Shown piece after piece: positions 49,628-59,540 of a stretch of 64,000 nucleotides of DNA. The position numbers were made by a program, and so were the translations under genes. Each line of letters starts with the position of its first letter. Positions within the stretch are counted from its first letter, which is position 1. The stretch spans positions 434,001-498,000 of the IMG/VR virus record IMGVR_UViG_3300049215_000771; one strand, written 5' to 3'. The notes under the pieces are model-generated. The model worked only from the letters and a program-made list of their open reading frames with translations, searched no databases and was not told where the DNA came from.

Positions 49628-49629
49628 TT

Positions 49630-50207
49630 GGAGCCGCACTACGACCATCGTGGCCCCCACGCCTATCGTAGTTTTCGCAACCGGGCCTGAGAACGGCTTT
49701 TGACGGCCAACACAGGACTTAACTGGTGCTGGATGCGGCATAAATAGGGACCGTGCTGCGACCATCATAGTCCTCGACGAATGTATCGCAACTTTTCCAG
49801 CCGGACTTACCGAACGTGTTTTCGTTCTTGCCCCCGGCGCTCCAGGCGAAGGTCTTTTTCAACCATAGGAGTCGGTAAGGCAGCTTGAACTATTCACTCG
49901 GATACTGTTTGGATACGGCCCTCGTCGAACAGTCCTCCCAGGCTTGTAGGATTTCTCGTTCGGGCAAGGTTGTGCGCACAACCTTGTCGGGTCCAAAGCG
50001 ACTCAGCCAGTGTGCTATTACGCCAAAAGGATTGCACACCAGGTAGCCTAACCTGGGTGCGTTTACTCCCACTCTTTGAATGGTGGCTGCCTCTAAGCCA
50101 ACATCCTGGCTATCTCCGTTTAGCTTTGGCGGCGAGTTTATACAGCCCGCCGTGATATATCCCGATTCCTTCATCCTGGTGGATGCCCAACCATTTCGAT
50201 GAAGGAA
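49630..50207 (-). ncRNA. Candidate large structured RNA between two tRNAs
   Basis: No convincing ORF. Many hairpins: TTCCTTCATC/GATGAAGGAA, a 22-nt palindrome at 49965-49986, and ACTACGA/TCGTAGT enclosing CGTGG/CCACG. Contains the 23S-like domain. Confidence 0.6.
49998..50115 (-). ncRNA. 23S rRNA GTPase-associated-centre (H42-H44)-like domain with a 47-nt hairpin insertion
   Basis: AGATAGCCAGGATGTTGGCTTAGAGGCAGCCACCATTCAAAGAGT-[47 nt]-GCGTAATAGCACACTGGCTGAGTCG aligns with recalled bacterial 23S nt ~1046-1115. Confidence 0.85.
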
Positions 50208-50208
50208 G

Positions 50209-50291
50209 TGTCCAAGGTGGGAGTCGAACCCACAAGTCCTTGCGGACGCCAGCCCCTCAAGCTGGTGCGTTTACCGTTTCGCCACTTGGAC
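50209..50291 (-). tRNA. tRNA-Leu(GAG), long V arm
   Basis: CCAGC-TTGAGGG-GCTGG, A73. Confidence 0.92.
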
Positions 50292-51477
50292 AAAAATCGT
50301 CGTCTATGCTTCTCCAATCTTTCGGTTTTGCTGGTGGAAGTTTGCGAGCAAACCTCCCGTAATGCCTTTCGTCTACCACAAGACCGCCCCAGCCTTTACC
50401 AAACCATCGCTTCCCGGTCCATTCTTTGTCTTCCGGTCGGACGGTTTCACCAACTTCAAGAAACCGATACCCTGGAGGCGGTTTTCTCATCTTGCACCTG
50501 AACAAAACACGTCCCTGGAGGCAAGTAGAAACTTTTCACCCTCCATGTCATTTCCGGCAGGACGTATTCGATCTCAATGATCCTACCTTCTTTCACCAAC
50601 TCATCCAGTAAGTCGGGCACGTCGATGTCGTTCATCGACAGCTTCGTGACCACTTCCTCGTCCGCAGCAAGCTGCGTTGCTTTGCACCCCTGAAGGGAGA
50701 TGATCTTGTCCACAAGAAACTGCTTGGCCTCGTCCCTATTCATCGTCGATACTCCGGTACTTGCGTTGCTTTGGTGTTGGTTCGGGCTTCTTCCGAATCA
50801 ATTCTATATCAACTTCCCAACAAGTACCAGGACTACCATCACGAATTGACTTGACGTTATATGCCGCCATCGGCTCCCCGCCACGACCATCCAGACCGCA
50901 TCCATATCCATTGCACGGAACATACCTGTCCGTGATCTCACATTCGCTGTAGTCACGGCCCGACGCCAGTTCGGGACTGGCCCATTTTCCTGATGATGGC
51001 AAAATCCGAATGATGTCGCCTACCTCGAACTTGTAGAGGTAAAACGGCGGGTTATTGTGCGGGGGATACGGGTTGGGTGGCACTGGCATTGTCTTGTCTC
51101 CTTGCACAGACAGGACAAAGCATAACATAATGCTTGGACTTTGGCAACCTCACCATTTTCCAGCCATCTTTTTCGCCCCAACCGCCACTTTTCTTACTGC
51201 CCCCAAGCGGTTGCTTCCGTGTGCAGGTGTGACACTTGAGCGTGCTATGTTTCTTGAAGCCCATCTAACCACTCCCTGAACGAGAGTTTCTGAAACGTGT
51301 TGATCGGGCGGCTGGGGTCTTGAAGTAACTTCTGAACCTCACGCTGCCCCGTGCTGCCCGTCAAATCCTTCCAGGCTTTCTCCCTGGTTTGTCGGGCGTA
51401 TTTCTTGAAGACACCAGACAGGCTCGACGCCATGTCCACGATAGCCTTCTTGATATTTGTGTCAGGCGTTTTCTTCG

Positions 51478-51969
51478 TCATCCTACCCCCGTTGGCGGAT
51501 TGACCGGGGGCTTAACTTTCTTCGGCTTCGGCAAGCTGGGAGCGTCAGGTTTGTCCTGCCCACTACCACGAGCCTTTGTCTGGACGTAAAACACGAAAGA
51601 AGTTTTGTTCTCGAATGCCTGGGACGGCGAGTCGGTTTCCCGGTAAACCAGTTGTAGTTTTGTCTGAGGCGTCTCAAAATTGAGAAATTCCTTCAGACGA
51701 GCGAGTACCGAGCCAATGAACTCAGGTGAGCCGGTGATCCGAACGCCGTCCTGGGCATACGTCGTACCTTGGTGATCGTACCGAATCGGCGACATCTGGA
51801 TCGGCGTATCTGGCCGAAGATTTCGCCAATACTGTACAATCTGGTCCTTAGTCGCCTTCCATTTCTTCTGGACAGGCTTCTTCGAGGGCGTTCCCTGGAC
51901 CGGCTGTGCTGTCGGTTTTGGTTGTGCCTCCCCAGGTTGTTCGTTCATCCACTCGCTGAAACTCTTCAT
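51478..51969 (-). CDS. Putative internal virion protein with a capsid-targeting-like N-terminus
   Basis: Start MKSFSEWMNE at 51969; Pro/Lys-rich ends. Confidence 0.5.
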   Translation of the reverse strand: MKSFSEWMNEQPGEAQPKPTAQPVQGTPSKKPVQKKWKATKDQIVQYWRNLRPDTPIQMSPIRYDHQGTTYAQDGVRITGSPEFIGSVLARLKEFLNFETPQTKLQLVYRETDSPSQAFENKTSFVFYVQTKARGSGQDKPDAPSLPKPKKVKPPVNPPTGVG

Positions 51970-52493
51970 ACCAAGTATGTAGAGCGTGCGAGTTGTTTTC
52001 ACGGCGGATTCGGCGGCTCATGCACTTCTTGACGTAATGCCAACGACCGGCATTTTTCGCCATGCAATCCCGCCAACGATGCGGAGGCGAACCAACACAG
52101 TCATGTTCGTCGCCATTCCGGGCCTTGTAGCGATGTCCCATCATGTAAGACTCCTTGGTTAGAGACTTACATTGGACACCTTGCCTTTCCTCTCATGGGT
52201 TCCTCCCGCACACTGACTGTGCGTATTTGTCACAAGTCTTCGAGCATCGGGATGGGTGGGCCGAGAAACTTCAGCGGCATCCTCTCACCCTTCATCTCAA
52301 ATTCGCACGGATCGTTGTAGTGTTTTCGCCTCTCATCAAGGCATTTTCCGTCTTTATACCATTGGCAGCCAGGGCAGGCAGCGAAAATTTGCCAGTCGGT
52401 TGCAATGATGGGCAGCTTCTTCAGTTGTTTGCAGTACATATAGCACCTTCTTTCAGGAAGGTATACTGCAAATAACACGCCAAAGGACTGTAG

Positions 52494-53084
52494 TTAGTGG
52501 CTTACCTCCGACTTGTTCTTGGCATCTCGCTCGGCCTGGACCTTGGCAAAATCCCATTCGGCATCCATCAGGTCTTCGACCAGGCGCTCCGTTCCGGCCA
52601 GCATATCATCGCCTCGCTCCAGCAATTCCCACCACTTGGGAACCTTCTTCAGCTTCTTGTCGAACTCCTGGGCCAGCCAATGAGAGTTTGCTTCCTCGCC
52701 AGGCGGGTTGAAACCCATCAATTCGACGCCATGAATCGTCCAAAGTGTCACGACCCGACCGGGAACCGGCCCACGTTCATATTCGTCCTGATGCGGCGGA
52801 TCGTAGGGTTCCTTCTTCGTGAGCCAGTTTATGTACTCAGCGGTGTTATGCCTGTCGTCGGCGAAATCGCCACGGTTCTTGACTTCGCCGGTCGGATAGC
52901 CGTCGTGGTCGATGCCATAGAACTCGACGAGGAACCACCGCTTGTCATCTCGATACTTCGCCGGTTGACGATGCTCCCAATAACAGATAACCCCATAGGG
53001 TCGCTCATGTTTGGCTGGTTCTGCTTGGGCTTGAACCTCAGTCTGAGGCTCACCCTGATAGTGATGTTTCTCTCGCTTCGGCAT
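52494..53084 (-). CDS. Hypothetical protein
   Basis: GAGAGG RBS just after the atypical tRNA-Tyr. Confidence 0.6.
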   Translation of the reverse strand: MPKREKHHYQGEPQTEVQAQAEPAKHERPYGVICYWEHRQPAKYRDDKRWFLVEFYGIDHDGYPTGEVKNRGDFADDRHNTAEYINWLTKKEPYDPPHQDEYERGPVPGRVVTLWTIHGVELMGFNPPGEEANSHWLAQEFDKKLKKVPKWWELLERGDDMLAGTERLVEDLMDAEWDFAKVQAERDAKNKSEVSH

Positions 53085-53098
53085 GACAACCTCTCAAG

Positions 53099-53184
53099 TG
53101 GGCACTGAGGGAGTTGAACCCCTCGACGACCGCCTGGATGTTTAACGTCACGAGTTTTACAGACTCGCACCAGGAACAGCGCCC
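53099..53184 (-). tRNA. Atypical tRNA-Tyr(GTA)-like gene without a normal D arm
   Basis: GGGCGCT/AGTGCCC acceptor, A73; only 10 nt before CGAGT-CTGTAAA-ACTCG; ~26-nt variable region; T arm with one extra G. Confidence 0.65.
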
Positions 53185-53241
53185 AAATCATACCCCAATT
53201 TTAGGGCATTGTAAACCAGGTCTTGCTAACTACAATTCACC

Positions 53242-53673
53242 ATGCACAAAAACTCCAAGAAACAAGGTGATGCCTGCCTCGGTGGTGCAATCGCTTATTT
53301 CACTCACAAGGGCTACGGCGTATCAATACCATTAACCGACAGTCAGGATTATGACCTGATCGTAGACATTGACGACACGCTCAATCGTGTGCAAGTCAAA
53401 ACTACTTATTTCGCTCGCCCAAACAGCAAGGGACAATTGGAATACTACGTTTCTCTTTCTACCAAGGGCGGCAACAAATCACGCCAAACCATCAAATACT
53501 TCGATCCGAACCGTGTCGAAATACTGTACATCGTCACGCACGGCGGGGATCACTACTGTATCCCGATGAAGGATGGTTTCAGCGCCAAAAGCACACTTAG
53601 GTTGTCCTCCAAATACGACCGTTACAAAGTGCATCCGGCAGGAATCGAACCTGCAAGTCCCGAAGGAAGCTGA
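53242..53673 (+). mobile_element. PD-(D/E)XK homing endonuclease, I-Ssp6803I-like, antisense between two tRNA-Tyr genes
   Basis: QGD...AIAYF..KGY.VSIP..DSQDYDLIVD.....RVQVKT; own TACAAT 5 nt before the ATG; 3' end overlaps tRNA-Tyr. Confidence 0.8.
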
Positions 53674-53713
53674 TTTACAGTCAGCTAGGCCCACCACACT
53701 GCCCAACGGATGC
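53630..53713 (-). tRNA. tRNA-Tyr(GTA)
   Basis: GCATCCG/CGGATGC, GCTGA-CTGTAAA-TCAGC, V arm. Confidence 0.9.
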
Positions 53714-54213
53714 GTTCGTAGCCAACACTCATTTACACGGTTCAACGACGACGGCGACATGCGCCGGCGTTTCCATCGGCCTCCAGTTCATGGCCTTGTA
53801 GTCGAAAAACATATCGACAAAACCCAGGACCAGTTCCTTCTCCAACGGCAGTTTGTAATTGTCCACGATGGTCAACTGCCCTACCCGCCCCATCTGCGGA
53901 ACGTCCATCTCATAATAGCACAACTGGAGAGCGTGCAGTCCGAGACGGATGTACTTGTTGTACTCCTTGCAAGCCGAAGTAGCGTCCGGCCCATGAATCC
54001 TCAACATCGGGCCGACCATTTCTTTGTCCACTGTCTCGTCTGCCTGAGCAGTTTTGCACGCCTTCAGGAAGTCGAATGGCGGATCAGCCTTCGCCTTTGC
54101 CTTCATCTGTTCGACCAGCGACTCCAATTCCTCCCAAGAAACTTCCTTGTAAAACAAGTCGCCGTTTTCGTCTTTCAGGTTGAAACCAAACATTTCAGGT
54201 TCTCCAAGGCGAG

Positions 54214-54289
54214 TAGCCGGGAGGGGACTCGAACCCCTAAGACTCTAGGTTTGAGCTAGAGATGTCTGCCAAGATTGCATCACCCGGCC
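54214..54289 (-). tRNA. tRNA-Leu(CAA) with a short variable loop
   Basis: TCTAG-CTCAAAC-CTAGA; variable region GTCTT (5 nt); A73. Confidence 0.85.
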
Positions 54290-54658
54290 AAATCTTCCAA
54301 CAACTGATCCACACAACTTTCCAGGTCCACCAGCGATTCACCCTCGAAAGTGAATTCCAACAAATGTTCCGCTTCAACATCCCTCATCTCAGGCATGAAT
54401 GGATACGCCTTCAAGAAGGCTCTCGTCTTGTCGGGATATTCCTCGTCCCAAAACAAGTGCAAGTTCGTCTTGCCGAAGCGACCAACATGGGTCACACACT
54501 GACACTTCTTCTGGCAGAACTCCTTGATCTCCTTCAGAATCTCGAAACTGAGCAGCTTGAACTGGAACGTCACAGCCCTGGTCTGGACCTGAACCTCCAG
54601 GTCGTCACCCAGCATTACATCCCAATTGTCAGTATGGGCCACCGCCGCCACGCCAGAC

Positions 54659-54904
54659 TCAGCCATCTTTCGTTACCACCGTTCCTTCTGGAATCTCAAC
54701 ATCTTGAATGTTGCGAAACATCAAGGCCACTCCCTCGCCGGCCTTGGCGGACTCCCTCAAGCGAGCGTAGTTTTCGATGGCGGACAGGACGGCGGTGTGC
54801 GAGCCGATGGTCAGTTTCTCACCAACCCGCACATCGCATTCCAGTCTGCCAACAAGCTGTGTGCCCTTGACTCGGTACACACGCTCAACGGTCATCACCT
54901 TCAT
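54659..54904 (-). CDS. Stand-alone EF-Tu domain II-like protein
   Basis: RVYRVKG..LVGRLE..VRVGEKL...AIE......SAKAGEGVALMFRNI...EIPEGTVV parallels EF-Tu domain II. Confidence 0.7.
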   Translation of the reverse strand: MKVMTVERVYRVKGTQLVGRLECDVRVGEKLTIGSHTAVLSAIENYARLRESAKAGEGVALMFRNIQDVEIPEGTVVTKDG

Positions 54905-55187
54905 TGAATTCCTTCAACTGTTCCTTGAAGGACAATTCCGACAAGATTTCGTGTTCGTGTTTGCTCCGCTTGGGAAACTTGTCACTGTGGCAGACTCCAC
55001 ACTGAGTATTGCCGCAGTCCCAGGCGTCCTTCTTGCGGAACCGACCGATCTGTTCGTCGCATTCACAATCAACGACGTAGGGATCAGCGCCGATCTTGCC
55101 TCGGTCCTTGTTGCTCTCGACGTGCATACGCCGATGTTTCTTCCACTCACGACGAGCAATCCGCTCATCTTCGTGCCATCGTTTCAT
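54885..55187 (-). CDS. Hypothetical basic Cys-rich protein
   Basis: GRFRKKDAWDCG..QCGVCH. Confidence 0.55.
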   Translation of the reverse strand: MKRWHEDERIARREWKKHRRMHVESNKDRGKIGADPYVVDCECDEQIGRFRKKDAWDCGNTQCGVCHSDKFPKRSKHEHEILSELSFKEQLKEFNEGDDR

Positions 55188-55678
55188 CAGTACCTCCGTA
55201 ATGGGAATAGAAGTTAGGCTTCTGTTCCCCGGAGATACGAACGAAATTACACATGGCTACTCCTGCATGTAGGGCAAAGAACTGTCCAATCTTCCCAGGA
55301 ATGGCCCCCTTCAGTCCTGGTGATGTCTTCAACCAGCCACCCCGCATCTTTGGCTACTTGTGCCATACTTGCCCAGGTAGCTCCCGGCTCGTGCTGTTTG
55401 CCGTCCTCGTAGGTGTTGCATTTCTCGCAAATGAACCCGGCATAAACCAGCGCCACAAGTTCATATGGGTCGTCAGCATTAGTCGCTTCCATCGCCCTCG
55501 CTCTCCTTAACATGCTTGTCGAATTCTTCCATCAACATCTCGGTCTGAGCGACCAATTCCGGTGATGGCTCCGTTGTCCAGGGGATAGAAGGAACCTTCA
55601 TTCGCCACTTGCGACAAGTACACCAGTGAGTTTCCGTTTTACGGGTGAACTTCATTTCGTGTCTGATCTTACCCATAG

Positions 55679-55755
55679 TGCCCAGGGTGGGACTCGAACC
55701 CACAAGACCCTCGTTCTGAGCGAGAGATGTCTGCCTATTTTTGCATCACCTGGGC
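55679..55755 (-). tRNA. tRNA-Leu(CAG) with a short variable loop
   Basis: TCTCG-CTCAGAA-CGAGG; variable region GTCTT; A73. Confidence 0.85.
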
Positions 55756-55759
55756 ATAT

Positions 55760-55834
55760 TGTAGGGACGTATTCGATGACCTTTGCTCCCCGTAGTTGAG
55801 AACAGCTTTCGCTTGGGGTCATCTAGCCCCTACA
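55760..55834 (-). ncRNA. Candidate small three-way-junction RNA between tuf and tRNA-Leu(CAG)
   Basis: TGTAGGG/CCCTACA and GATGACC/GGTCATC helices enclosing AGC-GAAA-GCT and a second hairpin; TAAATA immediately upstream. Confidence 0.45.
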
Positions 55835-55870
55835 GTATTTAGACGCACCTGCGTCCAAGAGGTTCGCAAT

Positions 55871-57052
<1,182 letters not shown>

Positions 57053-57151
57053 TTCAAACTCCTAGTTGGTTCCAACGAGGAACCGTTCAGGGCCATTAGT
57101 CCCGCCAACCCAACCCTTTCGAGTCTTTTCACCACAACGAGTGAATGCCAG

Positions 57152-57165
57152 AGTTGTCAAAGAAC
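57152..57165 (-). promoter_or_regulatory. boxA-like antitermination element in the tuf leader
   Basis: GTTCTTTGACAACT a few nt after the tRNA-Leu 3' end; resembles rrn boxA (GCTCTTTAACAA). Confidence 0.5.
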
Positions 57166-57173
57166 CGATGCAG

Positions 57174-57256
57174 TGCGGCGGGTGGGAGTCGAACCCACAA
57201 GGGCTTTCGCCCGCAGCGTTCTGAGCGCTGTGCGTTTACCGTTTCGCCACCGCCGC
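57174..57256 (-). tRNA. tRNA-Leu(CAG), long V arm
   Basis: CAGCG-CTCAGAA-CGCTG; GGGC-GAAA-GCCC V arm. Confidence 0.93.
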
Positions 57257-57735
57257 AACTTACTTCTTCATTTCGTCGTACACTTGCAAGGCAAAATCAA
57301 CCCACTTCGCCTTGACATCAGGAGGCATCCCCTTCTCGTCGGCCTTCGCCTCGCAGAGATGTTGATACGCCTCACGGGAGTCAGCTTGTTGGTAAAAAGC
57401 CAACAGCGTGTTCTGCATGTCGTTGAGAACTTCGTCTTCGCTGGGAACCGCATTCCAGGCCATTATTCTCTCCTTATCCACACGCTCCATCTTCGATCTT
57501 GACGATCACCTTGTCAGTTTTCACCGCATAGGTCAGCATCGTCCAGTCGGCGTCCTTTTCCTTCACCTTCGCCGCTTGCAAGGCCACCTTCTTAAACCTC
57601 TCCACGACGGCGAGGGCAGCCCGCAACTCGTCAGTTTCCTGCTTCGTTGCCGAGATCACCACCGAGCGTTCGCCACGCACGGCCCCGTCGTAACCCTTGA
57701 TGACTTCTTCAGCTTTCATAGTTGCCTCGCAGAAA

Positions 57736-57826
57736 TTGGCAAGGTGGGATTCGATACCCACACGGTAGATTCGTCAACCTACCAACCCCCTCTAGCGGGG
57801 GCTGCGTCTTCTTCCGCCACTTGCCA
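57736..57826 (-). tRNA. tRNA-like RNA with an aberrant anticodon loop (GCTAGA) and 8-nt T loop
   Basis: TGGCAAG/CTTGCCA, A73; CCCCC-GCTAGA-GGGGG; 8-bp V arm; GTGGG-TATCGAAT-CCCAC. Confidence 0.6.
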
Positions 57827-57827
57827 G

Positions 57828-57903
57828 TGTCCAAGGTGGGACTCGAACCCACAAAATCACCAGATTCTCAACCTGGCGGCTTTGCCAATTTGCCTACCTG
57901 GAC
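57828..57903 (-). tRNA. tRNA-Leu(GAG) with a short variable loop
   Basis: CCAGG-TTGAGAA-TCTGG; variable region TGATTTT; A73. Confidence 0.85.
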
Positions 57904-58347
57904 AATTCTCTGGCTATGACAATTAGGACATAGAAACTGCAAGTTTTCTTTCCTGTTGTCGAGCCAGTTATCGTTCTTGTGGTCAACTTCCAACACCAAC
58001 GGTTTGCCGTTCCATACATCCGTTTGACCACAACACGCACATTTATACTCAACTCCCGATTCGATCAATGCCCGCCGCAGCATATACCCGTGAGTTCTGC
58101 GGTCGCCCTCGGACAACACCAGTATTTCAGACCAGTGCTTCTTCAGTCCGTTCGTCAATCCCTTCCGTGACGCTTGCCCCAAAAAATGAGTCGTATCAAT
58201 CTCGTATCTTTTGAGAAGAGCCTTAATATGCGATTGACTCCCCCCGGTCAGCTTGAGGCCCAACATTCGCAAAACATCACGAATGCAAATGGACTCCTTG
58301 GCAATTTCCCCAAGCAACTCTTTGGTGTATTTCGTCTTGTTTCCCAT
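57868..58347 (-). mobile_element. Free-standing HNH endonuclease whose ORF ends inside tRNA-Leu(GAG)
   Basis: Paralogue of 46027-46473; LEVDHKNDNWLDNRKENLQFLCPNCH; TGcTATAAT 6 nt before the ATG. Confidence 0.85.
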
Positions 58348-59198
58348 GAAGACATTATAGCAAACATATCTGTCATTTGCAAGTAATGTCTTCCAGTCTC
58401 GTGTACTGCCAGAAGTAAATGCTACCCTTGTCGCTGTTCAACTTGTTCAGCCGCTTCACTTCCGCTTCTGCCCGTTCCGGCGTCGGAACTACCTTCTTCA
58501 CCGTGAGTCGCATCTTCAACTCGTCCGGCGTCAGTTTCACCGCTCCCGACGCTATCTCGGTTGGTTCTAAGTCCAGCCTCAGTACGGCGTAAGCAGGGGC
58601 TAGGGGAATCATCGAACAACAACCTCATGTAATTGTCCACTGTTCTCGTCTGAATCTGACCGCCTCTCTCGAAGCGGTCCCACTGTTTTTCAGAGATACC
58701 AGTAAACTCATCGCTCGTCATCGCCGACTTCCCGGAGGGTGCGGTCGGCTTTTTCGATCTTGTCGAAGTCTTCGTTGTAGAGGGCGAACCGGATTTCTTG
58801 CGTTTCGTCATTGGAAAGTACCGCCCGGATTGGGAAGTCAACCACAATGGTCGTCGGTTCCTCCAGTTCCACGCTGGCCTCGTCGCCTTCTTCCTCCGCA
58901 GGCATGTCGATCCGCATGAACTGAGAAAGATTGATGGTATAATCCAACAAGTGCGGCTCGGCTTCCGCCATCTCAACCAAATCACGCAGTTTCATGTTTT
59001 TCCTTATCGTGGATGCGCCACCCAGGACGTTCCTTGTAGAGAATGTCGTTGATGGCATCGCCGTAAACAAACCCCGCCTTCGCCTCGGTCGTCATCAGGC
59101 TGTGGGAAAGTTCTTCCAACTCGCTCACCATCTCCTGATAGTCCTGAACGACTGCGATCAGTTCTTCCTTGGTCAGTTCGTGCAGTTGTCGTTGCATG

Positions 59199-59540
59199 TT
59201 AGTTCGCCGGCTCGATCTCACACTTCATGCTCCCCTTGCAGCGTGCCACACGCTTGTCAGGGCCGAAGCTGTGAACTTGTTCTTGTTTCAGTTCCGCCAG
59301 TTCCTTGCTGCAAGTCTTCAAAATGGCCCGGCCTTTGTGATGGACCGTTTCGGCAACCTTCTTCCCGTGCTGTACCGAGTGTCCAAACACCTTCTGGCAC
59401 AACTCGATAACATAGTCAACCGTGTGATCGTCGTCATTGACCAAGATCACATTGTACGGAGGAAGAATCTTGTTCTTCGTCTCGTTGTCGGTTTGATCTT
59501 CCACGTCGATGCCCAAGTCGGGCAGAGTCGTTGTACTCAT
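59199..59540 (-). CDS. clpS: ATP-dependent Clp protease adaptor ClpS
   Basis: PPYNVILVNDDDHTVDYVI...VHHKGRAI...AELKQEQ. Confidence 0.9.
   Translation of the reverse strand: MSTTTLPDLGIDVEDQTDNETKNKILPPYNVILVNDDDHTVDYVIELCQKVFGHSVQHGKKVAETVHHKGRAILKTCSKELAELKQEQVHSFGPDKRVARCKGSMKCEIEPAN

Noticed and set aside
49630-50207. A true 23S rRNA gene or rRNA operon, and the short ORF 49890-50174
   Set aside because: rRNA similarity is confined to H42-H44; no sarcin-ricin or peptidyl-transferase sequences were seen. The ORF is a translation of the structured RNA.
57736-57826. Evidence for genome-wide TAG recoding or a tRNA-Pyl
   Set aside because: Conserved genes are uninterrupted in code 11 and TAG ends plausible genes (9127, 20827, 23000). 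The long V arm is unlike tRNA-Pyl.
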